Shown: positions 12,834-25,934 of the stretch, piece by piece
Layout: each line of letters starts with the position of its first letter
Numbering within the stretch: the first letter of the stretch is position 1
Source of the DNA: Octopus vulgaris
Lineage: Eukaryota
DNA: 64,000 nt
NCBI GenBank assembly: GCA_951406725.2
Contig: OX597819.1
Span: 37,324,001 to 37,388,000, forward strand
Reading direction: 5' to 3'
Made by a program: the position numbers and the translations under genes
Notes under the pieces: generated by a model
Database searches by the model: none
Told to the model about the DNA's origin: nothing
The model's input: the letters and a program-made list of their open reading frames with translations, nothing else

Positions 12834-14580
12834 CATGGTTTTATATTTATGATATTTGTTTAGCTATCCTGAGATCGTGAATTCGATGGTACCTTTGTGG
12901 CACGTGTCCACTCAGTGGTGCTGCTAGTATAGAAGACACGTGTGCCGCCACTCGCGGTAGCCGTTGAGTTTGCCACTACCACCTACACCCATACAGGCTT
13001 ATACAGCAGATTTAAAAGTGTCGCCCTCATATAAGTTTCGTCTGGGGTAGACCCACCACCACCACCACCTCACCAAGCTACTGCTTCTGCTGTTGTTGTT
13101 GTTGTTGTTAAGCAACAAGACGGGTATAGGTTATTAGGTGATGGTCTAGGACTTAGGGGCCGGAGACCCCAGACCTTGGAAAAAAAAAACTGCTCGTCTT
13201 GTAGTAGTTGAGGGCTCTTCGTTGACGCCCGACGCCACTGGGAGGTGGTCCTTGAAGTAGCTGGAAATGGAGATCTCCAGGACCAAACTCTTGAACGGCT
13301 GCTTCTGTTGTAGTGTCGCTGCGACTCAAGCTTGGGGAGGGGAAATTGAATTCGCGGAATTGGGCCAACAGGTCAGTTTAAAAAAGCCCATCGAATGATG
13401 AAAAGGACTTTTGTTTTTCTTGCACGCTGGTTCTGCCTGAGGAACACTTTAAGGGTAGAAAGTCCAGCAAAATATTTGGTACCGCACATTTTAATTCTAC
13501 GGCTAGATAGTTCGGGTAATCGGCCAATTGCAATCCCCATCATGGAAAGCGACGGAATATCTATTTACTTTTAACTAGGCTTCAATCTTTAAGGTTCAGT
13601 TCATTTGAGCACTTAACAACCTCCTCCCGTAATTTATTATCAACTTGCTTTTGATCTTAAGTTGAGTTTTTATTTATTTATTTATCTATTTAGATTTTCT
13701 TACGTACGTTTTTGTAATGATGCACCAATTAAATGCTTTGCAGGATTTATTTGCGCATCTTTCCGTTTTAAGTCCATGTGTTGCCAAGACCACATTTGCA
13801 TTTCATTCTACTTGTGTCGGTAAAATAAAGTGTGCTTGGTCTAATTTAAGTGGCTTCCCATAAATTTGAGACCGTATGCCTATGTCAAAAATCAATATTG
13901 GTAGCGCCTGGTGCTGTGCCTTACAGTATTTTGTTACGGCTCTTTACGTTCTGAATTTAAATTCTGCAGGGGTCACCTTTGGCGTTCTTCTTTCAGAGGT
14001 CGATAAAATAAAGTACCAATCCAATCGATTATACAACCCTAACAAAATGTGTGGCCTTAAGAAATCAATATTTATTATGCTGACGACGAAAGCTAGCAAA
14101 ATCGGTAGAAAACAGGACTAAATATGTTGCTATATATCTAATTACCTCCCTTCTTATTCTGAGTTCAAATGCACTGAGGTCAATATGTTTGATGGCGTCA
14201 AATACAACTGGAAAGCAGATATTTCTCCAGGGTCTCTCAGATAAAGTACCAGTAATATATTGAGCTCTTGATCTCATTGACTGCAACCTTTCCCAGAATT
14301 GCCTTCAACGAAATGGTAGAATTAGGTATTGCTCCCATCAAGCAGATTTAGTATCTAATGCGTTCTAGTCGTTAACATCGTGCCTTTGGTTGTCTGAAAC
14401 AGCGTATCTGGTCCCGAATTACTCATTGCACTTTTTTTTAAAATAAGGTATGGTGTTATTTAGAGGAGATTTAGTTGTTATATCATGCATTTCGAGCTAC
14501 TGTTTAGAAACACCACCGTTGGTCTCTTGTTTATAATGTTGTTGCTATGTTGTTTTATTTGTGTTCAACTATCTGCTGCT

Positions 14581-14611
<31 letters not shown>

Positions 14612-14770
14612 TTGCTGTTGTTGTTGTTGAGGTGGAGGAGGAGGAGGAGGTGGAGGAGCTCCCAAGCCAGGACTGATAGATAAAACCTATGGTGAAAAGT
14701 AATTCAACTATATTTAGAGTGTAACAAGATGAGAGTTTCAGGAACACTGGAGGGGTATCTGGTCTTATCT

Positions 14771-15246
14771 TGTCACATACAATAGTTGAAGAAAAGGAAC
14801 CAAAAATCCGGCTATCGTCGATAACAATAAATAACACTTTTATTCTTCGGGTTCACAGGTAATATATATACATATGTATTTCTTATGGGCGAACCGGCAG
14901 CCAAGTCCACAGGACTGTACACAAATGTTCACTCGGGTAAGCCAAGAAGATACGGTGTTCGTTCCCGCTTCGAAGAGAGAGCTTCTCTGTGCGTGGGGTT
15001 TTCCCTGAGAGAAGTCTTAGCCACGTCCGCTCCGTAGCGCTGCTCTTCTAAAAAAGGCCGATTTAGTGGTTACACTATCAGGTTGCAGTTCCTGCGCATG
15101 CGCATTAGGGAACTTCCGGCAGCCTACCGGAAGTAATCCAATTCTGCGCATGCGCGCTGGAACTTCCATAGTCGCGTCACTACCAGAGGCACGTAGAACT
15201 TCGTTGCCCATTCTTCCTTTCCCAGTCAGCGGGTGGTGGTGTGACA
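14771..15246 (-). mobile_element. Probable solo LTR
   Basis: TGTCACA...TGTGACA termini, 476 bp, GC-richer than the flanks, with AATAAA on the minus strand at ~14838. No TSD seen. Confidence 0.55.
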
Positions 15247-15292
15247 GTCAAGGTAGAGCACTCAAATTAATCCTCGGCAATATTTAATAATA

Positions 15293-15510
15293 AGGTAACG
15301 AACCGGCAGAATGGTTACCCTGCCGGAAAAGTATTTAGCTGTATTCCTTACGACTTTACGTTCTGAGTTCAAATGCCGCCACGATCGACTTTGCCTTCCA
15401 TCCTTTCGGGGTCGATAAAATAAGTATCAATTGAGCAATTGGATCGATGTACTCGACTTACCCACTCCCACGAAATTGCCGGCCTTGAGCCAAAATTTGA
15501 AACCAATATT
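15293..15510 (+). mobile_element. SINE family A
   Basis: B box and family core. Confidence 0.8.
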
Positions 15511-16129
15511 TAATAAACATATTTTTCTCTTTTGGTTTCAAATCCAGCCAAACTTTACTTTATCCTTCATCACTTTTGTCGACTATATCATTCACTCCAA
15601 ATAAATGCTGACAACGAACGAAATCATAATGCAATAAGTCCCTACTATCATAACATTATACAACGAACTTAACGCTCAAATGATTCACCTAATGTATATA
15701 TTTAAGTGGGTAATGCAAAAAGGTGTAATTGAAAAACTGAGGTAGTATGCCTCAGAAGATATGTTCTGCATTGTAAATAAAAATACTTATTTTCAACACA
15801 CACACACATACACACATATGGGGCTGGGTATCCCAAAAGTAATGCAAAAAAGGACATAACTTTTGATTAATCGACGTAGGTCGTTCAAATTACACATTTT
15901 AGCAGAGTAACTCTTCCTGTATAGAAATCCTTCCTGCTCTTCGTCATAACATCTCCCCTTTCGAGGTTTCGACTACTGTGAGAAAGTGGAATTTCTTTTA
16001 TTTATTTTCAGCACCTCTCCCCTTTTTTTTTTTTTTTTTTTAGCTGTTGTATCTTAATTGTTGTCGAATTTTAAGGTAGTATTGTTCGTTACACTCAGCA
16101 CTTTTTCTTTTCGTTGTACACTTGTTAGC

Positions 16130-17678
16130 ACTCTTTTTATTATTTTTTTTGTTTGTTTTTGTTTTTTATTTAATATCTTTTTCATTTAGACATTACTTCC
16201 AGATATTCAGTCTGTTTTCGTTTTCTGAAACTAGTTCTACGAGGTTCGATATCTCTCGGTGCTGGCACTTCAAACATATCATAGAATATTTCCATTGGCA
16301 TTACTCTTCGTTCTTCTGTATGTCTCATCTTTAACTGGTTAAGGTATCTCTTCTGCTCCGAACGTTGTCCTTTAATTAAATACATGTTACCTAATCTTTT
16401 GATTACACAGCCATCCTCCCAACCTTCTTTATCATTTTTGTAATTTTTAAATCCTGCTTCGAAATGTTCTGTAACATTTCTTGTACTTCCTTCAAATGTA
16501 TTTTTTGTCTTTATATGTATTTTTCCTGACAATAATTTATCGGAGATCAATTTTATTTTACGCACGAACATTAACTCTGCTGGTGACGTTCCTGAATTAG
16601 TATTTGGATTTGGCGTTATTCCATATACTCTCTAAAATTTCGTTAATGCCTTGTCATTATCTACCTCGTTCCTAGCTTTTCTTAGAGCTCTTTTGGCCTT
16701 GAGTGGTTGGGCGGGGTAAAGAGGTGGTTTATGGTATGTATTTTGAAGAAATTTCTTAATTCATATCCCGAGAATTGTGTTCCATTATCTGAAACTAACG
16801 TGTCTGGAACACCGTATAGCGCAAATAACTCGAGTAAGAACTTTATTGTTGTCTTTGCTGGGGGTTTATTGCCTCTGTATATGTCTGGCTACTTTGTATA
16901 GCTATCCACAACGATTAGATAGTATGCGCTGTTCACTGGTCCAGTGTAGTCGATATGTATCCTGGACTATGGGCTCTCAGTCTCCGGCCACGATTGGTAT
17001 TTTACTGGCGGTGCTTTGATTGCCAACGCGCAACCTCTACATGCTTTCACCAATTTCTCGATGTCCCTGTCCATAGTCGGCCAATATACAAAGCTCATTG
17101 AAGCTTTCATTCTGGACATTTCCGGGTGACCACAGTGGAATTGTGGCAATATTCGTTTCTGTAGTGCACTTGGTACTACTACCGTCTGCGCGTAGATTAA
17201 GACATTGTTGTATAGTAAGAAATTATTTGAATTTGTATTTTTATTATGCTAATTTTTCAACGTTTCTTTCATTCTTGTAATGTAACTATCCTCTACAGAT
17301 TTAACTTTTATATCATGGATTATATTACGCACAATACTTCTTACTTCATTTTCTGTCTGCAATGACGCTATCACAGTCTCTTGTAGCGATTCCACGCTCT
17401 TGGGAATTAGCTTCAATAAGCAATCTGCATGACCAATTTTCTTTGAGGGAATATATTGCATCTTAAAATTGTAGTTCAGCGATATTGTACTACAGCGTTG
17501 TAGTCGATTCTTTGATCCAAAAATTGATAGTAATGGTCAATGGTCGGTGTATAAAAAAAAGTTTCTACCATGTAGAAATTTGTGAAATTTTTTACCGCAA
17601 AAATAAACGATAGTGTCTCCTCTATTTGACTATACTTCTTTTCTGCCGCTAGCATAAATTTTATTTTAGAATTTATGG
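16130..17678 (-). mobile_element. Ty3/Gypsy LTR retrotransposon pol relic (RNase H-integrase)
   Basis: Fragments AAEKKYSQIE..FAVK (RNase H), IGHADCL, H-x2-H...YWPTMDRDIEKLVKACRGC (integrase zinc finger) and P.TLVSDNGTQF. Many stops and frameshifts. Confidence 0.9.
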
Positions 17679-17679
17679 G

Positions 17680-17856
17680 AGTAGCTGTCTTTGAAGACTC
17701 ATATTGTCGTTGAATGCTCGAAATGAGGAGTAGATAGACAGCCGACATCTGATGAAGGGTCGTTTCTCTGTCCTGTTTTCCATTTTTCTCTCTTGTTGAA
17801 CTCGTTTGTCTACGTATTTCATGTTGTTTACACAGTTGGTGACGTCCTGTACCCAT
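17680..17856 (+). mobile_element. (TA)n-adjacent element with divergent hammerhead-like fold
   Basis: Reverse-complement homologue of 41230-41415. Reads gctgtct-TTGAAGA...ctc-GAAA-tgagga-GTA-gat-agacagc. Confidence 0.55.
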
Positions 17857-18272
17857 ATATGCATATATATATATATATATATATACGGCAATCAGAAAAT
17901 GGAGGGGATCAAGAGGTGGTACTCATCAACTATTAGACAATATATATTGTCTATATATTTTTTAAAAAAAATAATTATAACAATATACTTACATGTATAA
18001 CATATTATGCTTTACATTTATAAAAATACTAGTAATTATTAAAATATATAACGTAGAACATTATATATATATATATATACACACAAATTATGGGGGTTTT
18101 GTTCACAAGTGATCTAAACGATTAGGTACGCTAGGTGAGTGCTGTAACGGATTACTGGGGCTCCAAGGTTGTACCTGAGACGGTAGTTGTAGAGCCATTG
18201 CAGATTTCCGTCATATTGCATATGATTTGAGATGTTTGCCTTGCCTTAATGTTTGTTGTCCTGTTTAACAAT

Positions 18273-18344
<72 letters not shown>

Positions 18345-18374
18345 CATATATATACACACATATATATATATTAC

Positions 18375-18410
<36 letters not shown>

Positions 18411-18433
18411 GTGTATATATATATATATAAATG

Positions 18434-18830
<397 letters not shown>

Positions 18831-19139
18831 TGTATGATGTATGTATTATGTATGAATGTATCGTTGCTATTATGTTAAACTGCCGTATGTCCAAATTTGG
18901 CCAAATGCGGTTTTTTTTCAATATTTATTTTTGCTTGCAATAGCCGGTTCTTTTGGTCAAATTGTCGTATCTCCAGCTATTCCTGATGCTAAAATATAAA
19001 AAAAAATTGTCAAAGTGTAGTACAACGGTTTTGGTATGAAATAGAGAAATTTTTTTCAATTTTCTAAAAAAAAGCAACGGTTTGGAATTATGACACTTTT
19101 ACATAATAGTAACTATATACGTGTATGCGTGCGTGTGTG

Positions 19140-19990
19140 TTAAATAAAATGAGACAACAAAGCCAAGGCTGTGTGGAATTTTCAGGACATTTATAAAAAG
19201 AAAGTCAATCTTACAGCTGTTTCTGGGATATTAGGGTTATCCCTTCATCAGAGACGATGTGAGATGGTTAAATAGAGAGAAACGTAGAGTTCAATATAAG
19301 GAGTTATTTTGGGAAAGAATGGAAATAAGGAGTATAGAGGGAAATGGGAGAATGAAAGTAGTAATAAAAATATATAAAGATGTTATAGTTGCAGTTCCAT
19401 TATACAAGGAAAGCGGTGTGTAGAAGTGGTAGAAATGCTTCATGTCCATGATACGTAAATCCCAATAGGAGTTCATATTTGATCATTACAAATGGAAAGT
19501 GTGGAGACGTAGATTCCATGTGCTTTTCATTCAAAGGGGTCTTGTACTGTGAATGAAAGTTTGAGAATGTGGTGGTAATATTAAGTGGATAGAGAGAAGA
19601 GAAGAGATGTTCATGTTAAAATGAGGAGAAATGTCAAGAGGAAAAGGTGAGAAAAGAAGGAAGGCAAGAGGAAAACAAAAGGAAGAAAAGAAAAGAAAAT
19701 GAGAAAAAATGAAGAAGTGAAAAAAGTGAAAGAAAGTGAAAAAAGAAGTGTTAGTTGGTGGTCAAGATATTATAAGAGGATGGAAAAGGAGTAGGGGAGA
19801 GATAGGAAGAGATAAGAATGTAAGGAATGAAAAGTGAAGTGGGATGATATGTTAGAATGGCACTAAGGGATGGGTACAGAAAAAAGTGTAGGGGATTTAC
19901 TAAAGTGAGTAGTAAACCTCAAAACGGAAGGGAATAATACTAAGATATAATGGTCAAGTTTCTATAGATAGACATATGTGTTTATTATAC
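19140..19990 (-). mobile_element. Penelope-like 3' region (pyrimidine-rich sense strand ending in a hammerhead)
   Basis: Strong purine skew on the + strand, a hammerhead near the 3' end, and homology to 50862-51145. Confidence 0.55.
19208..19255 (-). ncRNA. Minimal type-I hammerhead ribozyme motif
   Basis: Reverse strand: gtct-CTGATGA-a-gggata-accctaa-tatccc-a-GAAAC-agct-GTA-agat. 6-bp stem II and a palindromic AGCT loop 3. Confidence 0.82.
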
Positions 19991-20142
19991 TGGCTAATGT
20001 GATAGTGTGGCTTGAGGAATCAGAAACAAATAAATAAGGAAGTGTATATTGTTATATGTACGCGCACACACATGCACATATGTGTGTATATGCACTGTTA
20101 TAAAGGCCTGCGTACTTGTGTACTTAAACCCGTACGCGTCTA

Positions 20143-20237
<95 letters not shown>

Positions 20238-20241
<4 letters not shown>

Positions 20242-20428
20242 GCGAGCTGGCAGAAACGTTAACGGTATTTCGTCTGTCTTTACGTTCTGCGTTCAAATTC
20301 CACCGAGGTAGACTTTGCCTTTCATCCTTTCGGGTCAGTAAATTAAGTACCATTTACGTACTAGGGTCGATCTAATCGACTGGCCCCCTCCCCAAAAATA
20401 TCGGGCATTGTGCCTAGAGTAGAAAAGG
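20238..20428 (+). mobile_element. SINE family A (small internal deletion)
   Basis: Head, B box and core. Confidence 0.8.
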
Positions 20429-21189
20429 TATATATCTTCTTTCAGTTTCTGTCTACCAAATCCACTCACAAGATTTTGGTCGGCCTAAGGCTCTAGGAGA
20501 AGAAACTTGCCCAACGTACTACGCAGTGGCCGGAACCATGTGCATATGAAGTAAGCTTAATACCACACAGCCATGCCTATATTTTTTTAACTATATAAAT
20601 ATAAAAAGGTGAAACAATTACGGAGTACCTTATGTTCTAACTTTTCACAGTTATGATATATAAAAGTGGAATTTAAGTAACTCCAGTATTATCTAAGTGA
20701 GAGATCAGTGAGAAAGTGTCCATGTCTGTGTGTATGTGTATCTGTGTGTGTGTATTTGTGTGTGTGTGTGTGTGTGTCTGTGTGTCTATGCGCGTGTGTG
20801 TGTGCGCGTGTGTGTGTGCGTGTGTGTGTGTTGGGAGAGTATGTGTGAAATTTGGCTCAGTCTTTATTGGTAAGACTAACGCAAGCTTTCCTTCAAAAAA
20901 ATGTTTACAATACGAAATTGATGGATAAAGAAACGTCAGAGATAATATCGAGAGAACGTGTAATAGTGCCAACAAGAACAAAATGGATAAAGAAAACAGA
21001 AGCATTCCACTATAACAACTATAACACTAATCACTCGCAGACGAAACATTTTATATTGAATATAGTATTTCAAAGATATCCTGTGTGTCATCTGAGTACA
21101 GATCTTGCTAATTATATACCTGTTTGGATAAAGAGAAATTTAGTCTGAAAATATATATATATACATACTACATACATACAAACATACAT

Positions 21190-21278
<89 letters not shown>

Positions 21279-21454
21279 TATGAAAACTAATATAGATTCT
21301 ATTAACAGTATTGTTGGGAATCGAGAAAACAGAAAGTTTCAGGATAAATACCTGGTTATGTATAATGAGTCTTTTGAAAAACTGCGTTGAAGATTCGCTA
21401 CTCGGTTGGAAATCCTGGAATAAATCATGGCTAACAGAGTAAGAAAGTTGAAGA

Positions 21455-21511
<57 letters not shown>

Positions 21512-21549
21512 CGATGGTGGTGGTGGTGGTGGTGGTAGTAGTTGTTGTT

Positions 21550-21600
<51 letters not shown>

Positions 21601-21624
21601 ATGATGATGATGATAATAAAAAAT

Positions 21625-22170
21625 GCCCTGGTGCAATATTAGGCAGTGGTTCTCATGGCTTCTGATCTTAACTGATTGGAAATGTTATCATATACATTGT
21701 TTTGTCTTGGTATAAAAGATGGACTACAAGAAATATTCTGCTCAATACCACAGATTTGCTTGTCAATTGTTTGACCGTTACCAGTTGAGCATGTCTCCTG
21801 GTGGTTGACGATATGTGCATCTCTGATTACGAGCAGAAGTAGTGGGGGAGCATCATAGCCACCTGTTGAGAGGAGTTTCTTGGAAGTTGAATAATTCACC
21901 TCTGGAAATATGGGTATTTCGTTCACCATCCTTAAAAAAGCCTTATTCAAGGACCTTTTGAGCGGAATGGGCTACTCGACTTGCAGAAAATTCTAACTAG
22001 GCCCCACCTGCGAGGTCATGTACTGTTTAGATATGAGATCACCATATCGCGCACATATGGTTGTGATGCATGTGCCTGGTGTACCTTTATCAGACGGGTA
22101 GTCATGATGGGTATATAGGGCTTCGTATATTCTGTACCCCACTGTCACTTTAATGACTTGCGCTGCTCTC
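21625..22170. repeat. Unclassified interspersed repeat
   Basis: ~21730-21890 matches ~28160-28325. Confidence 0.6.
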
Positions 22171-22199
22171 TTACATCATCATCATCATCATCATCATCA

Positions 22200-22287
<88 letters not shown>

Positions 22288-22324
22288 TCGACAAGGAAAA
22301 ACGAAATTGCTTACTAATTTACCC

Positions 22325-22540
22325 ATCATGTGCGTTTGATTCCAGGATCGTAAAAAAAAAAGGGGCGAAAAATATACAACCCTTAAAATTTGAAATTTCA
22401 AGAATTTGGAGTATGGAAAATGTAATGGTTGTGTCTATAATAATTGGTGCATTGGGAACTGTAAGCAAAGGTATAGAACTGTAAGCAAAGGTTGAAGGAG
22501 ATTGGAATAGAATATCCTCTAGAAACTGAAAGAAGTCTGT
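22325..22540 (+). mobile_element. R4/Dong-like non-LTR relic (restriction-like endonuclease C-terminus)
   Basis: Hand translation gives CAFDSRI..EKYTTLKFEISRIWSMENVMVVSIIIGALGTV. It lies next to a (TAA)n tract. Confidence 0.65.
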
Positions 22541-22784
22541 CGTGTATATTTACATACATTTATGTATGTGTGTCTTTGTGTCTGTGTTTGTCCCTCAACA
22601 CCGCTTGACAACTGCTGTTGGTTTGTTTCAACCCCGTAACTTAGTGGTCGGCAAAAGAGACCGATAGAGTAAGTACCTGGCTTTAAAAAATAAGTACCAG
22701 GGTCGAATCATTTGACAAAAATTCTTCAAGGCGATGCTCCGGCATGGCCGCAGTCTAGTAACTGAAACAAGTAAAAGATAAATA

Positions 22785-22915
22785 TATATATATATAAATT
22801 AGAAAAAAAAACACCTTTTATCAATTCAATAATGAAAAATTAAATTTAAATGGTATAATTTAATTTTTCATTATTGAATTGATAAAAGGTAGTTTTTTTT
22901 AAATTTATATATATA
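22785..22915. repeat. AT-rich inverted repeat flanked by (TA)n
   Basis: ACCTTTTATCAATTCAATAATGAAAAATTAAATT and its exact reverse complement, with a ~10-nt spacer. Confidence 0.85.
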
Positions 22916-22959
22916 ACGAAAAATTCACCGCCAATAGTTGTTGTTGACAAACAACGGCA

Positions 22960-23174
22960 GTAATTTTATTCAGCTGAATACACGTCATTGATTGGTTGAA
23001 CTTACCGAAATACGACAACTTTAACGTGAAATAACTTCGTAAATATAAGTTTTTCTCAAAAATGCTAAGAGTAAAAGATGTTTTATATGACACATTCTAC
23101 CAGTGTCCGAAGTTTGAAAGTGTTTAGTTACAAAAAATTATTCTTTAAATCTGTCGATCAAAAGGTAAAGATCC
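22960..23174 (+). mobile_element. Truncated divergent relative of the TTAGGG MITE
   Basis: Shares ATTGATTGGTTGAA...AAAAGATGTTTTATA..CACATTCTACCAGT and ends AAAGATCC. Confidence 0.7.
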
Positions 23175-23360
23175 TTTAATACATAATATAAATGCCAATT
23201 TCGTTTATTTTTATATTATAATTTTAATTCAATAGATTTTTTAATTAGTGCCATTTCATTATTTTGTACAAATGCCATAACATTAGAGAAAAAACACATA
23301 TATATGTGCGTGCGTGCATCTGTGTATGTATACACACGCGAGTGAGCGCGTGCACAAATA

Positions 23361-23405
<45 letters not shown>

Positions 23406-23582
23406 ACACAAACACACACACATACAGATGGGTGGATTGATATGAGTGTATATGATAAACTCACTGAACCCGTTTGTCTTCAAAACGTCCTTGACCACCG
23501 GTACAAGACGAAAGCTACGTAACGTATTAGACAAAATTTAACGAAAGAGGGAAAATAGCAGATTACAGATACAAAAATTCTC

Positions 23583-23996
23583 GGATCTTTTCGATTTGAA
23601 CGGCAGCTTTTTCTAGCGGTGTCATATGAGATTGTCACCCATAATTATGACCCTAGTATCGCTCTGTTGCATTGCAATCTGTTTTAGGGTTAGGGGTGGG
23701 GGAAGGGTATCTTTTTTTTCTTCACAAATGTAAATAAACCCAATCTGTTTCTTAAACGAGGGACATATTCATACGGTACAGAATGGTTTTTTTTACCTCA
23801 ATAGACGCCACTGATTGGTTGAAATTGCAGAAATTGAAGAAAAAAAGCAACAAATATGTTACAAACTATAGAATGTTCTCAATAAAGCCAAGAGAAAAAG
23901 ATGTTTTATAAGCACATTCTACCAGTATACGAAGTTTTAAATATTTTAGTTACCTAGAAATTATGTTAAAAACTGCCGTTCAAACCGAAAAGATCC
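23583..23996 (+). mobile_element. TTAGGG-containing MITE
   Basis: TIRs and 8-bp TSD AAATTCTC. Confidence 0.95.
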
Positions 23997-24435
23997 AAAT
24001 TCTCAAATAACGAAAATTGCTAAAAAAAAACACAAAACAAAAAATTAAAAACTGCTGAGTAAAGCGATGTCGAGTTATATTTAAATATTTTGTAGTCGCC
24101 ATTATTTTTGTTTTGTTTCTAGATTTAAGTCGTATTATTTATATATTTTACTGTTCTATTTACAACCCACAAATACTGTATGTAATCTATTACTGTACAG
24201 TACAGTTATAGATTTCTCATGGCAAACTATTCAATCTTTTTGGAGATAAGTGAAACAAATAAAACAAGTAACACTGCATAAATGTTATGTCACACTAACC
24301 GTTTGACTCAACATTAAATATGTAGGTCGAAATCTGTATTTATTTGCGATTTTTCGTTTGTTTTTTTAACTAAATAATATTTAAAATTCCTGAGGTATAC
24401 TTGAAAGGTTATACTTGATCGGAGACAGTGGGTTG

Positions 24436-24878
24436 GGATCTTTTCGGTTTGAACGGCAGTTTTTTCTAGCGGTGTCATATGAAATTGTCACCCATAATTA
24501 TGATCCTAGTATCGATCTATTGCATTTCAATCTGTTTTAGGGTCAGGGTTAGTTAGGGTTAGGGTTAGGGTTAGGGGTGGAGGGAAGGGTATCTTTTTTT
24601 TCTTCACAAATGTAAATAAACCCAATATGTTTCTTAAACGAAGGACATATTCATACGGCGCATAATGTTTTTTTTTACCTCAATACACGTCATTGATTGG
24701 TTGAAAGTACCGAAATTAAAGAAAAAAAACAACAAATATCTTACAAACTATAGAATTTTCTCAATAAAGGCAAGAGAAAAAGATGTTTTATAAACACATT
24801 CAACCAGAATACGAAGTTTAAAATTTTTTAGTTACCTAGAAATTATGTTAAAAACCGCCGCTCAAACCGAAAAGGTCC
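24436..24878 (+). mobile_element. TTAGGG-containing MITE
   Basis: TIRs and 8-bp TSD GTGGGTTG. Confidence 0.95.
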
Positions 24879-24979
24879 GTGGGTTGAAATTAAAACAATT
24901 ACTGCGTTGAAGATACTTATTAGCCGTTCAAAAATACACAAAGACTGTTAACTTCATTTAAGTATGTATTACTTAGTGT

Positions 24980-25082
24980 TAAAAATTTCGTCACACTAAC
25001 TGCGACCTGATCACTGACGTGCATCCACTGCATCTGGAATCACGTCAGTGACCAGGTGGCACTCGGTGCGACGAAAATTTTG
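24980..25082. repeat. Imperfect ~40-bp-arm inverted repeat
   Basis: AAAATTTCGTCACAC..GACCTGATCACTGACGTG / CACGTCAGTGACCAGGT..GTGCGACGAAAATTTT. Confidence 0.7.
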
Positions 25083-25860
25083 GAAGTTTTGGGAAAGGCT
25101 AATATGTGTTTTCCATGGTGTATTTATTAAACATCTTACTTCTGTTTTGGATCAGTGATTAAATAGTTTGAAAACCGAACTAAGAAAAACGTTTTGAGCA
25201 TACATACATACATACATACATACATACATACATACATACATACATACATACATACATACATACATACTTATATACATACATACATACATACATACATACA
25301 TACATACATACATACATACATACATACATACATACATACATACATACATACATACACACACATATACATACACACACACATACATACAAATGGCGGTGCC
25401 CCAGCATGGCCACAGCTCAATGAGCTGAAACTAAAATCAATCAATAAATACATACAAACATACATACATACGTACATACACACATACATATGGATGTATA
25501 TATATGTATATATATATATATATATATGTATACATACATTTATACTTATTTATATATATATATATACATACAAACCTATGTGTGTATATATGTGTGTGTA
25601 TGTATGTACGCATGTATGTATGTATGTATTTATGTACACGCATACTTAAATAAGAGCGTGCATATTGATGAGCAAGAAGCTTGCATACATTAACCTAATT
25701 TCCTATATACAAACGATTAATACGATAGACTCGGAGACAAATACACGCGTGCGCGTGACACATGCATGCACGCACGCATGCACGCACGCCTATAAATATG
25801 GTAAGAGAAGAGACAGAGAAAAAAACAGTCTCAGAGAAAGGGAGTGAAGATGCATAGATC

Positions 25861-25934
<74 letters not shown>

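Noticed and set aside
24535-24590. Telomere or chromosome-fusion relic
   Set aside because: The TTAGGG units are internal to a dispersed MITE.
24980-25082. Hammerhead in this inverted repeat
   Set aside because: A hairpin followed by GAAA is present, but there is no CUGANGA box or cleavage triplet.
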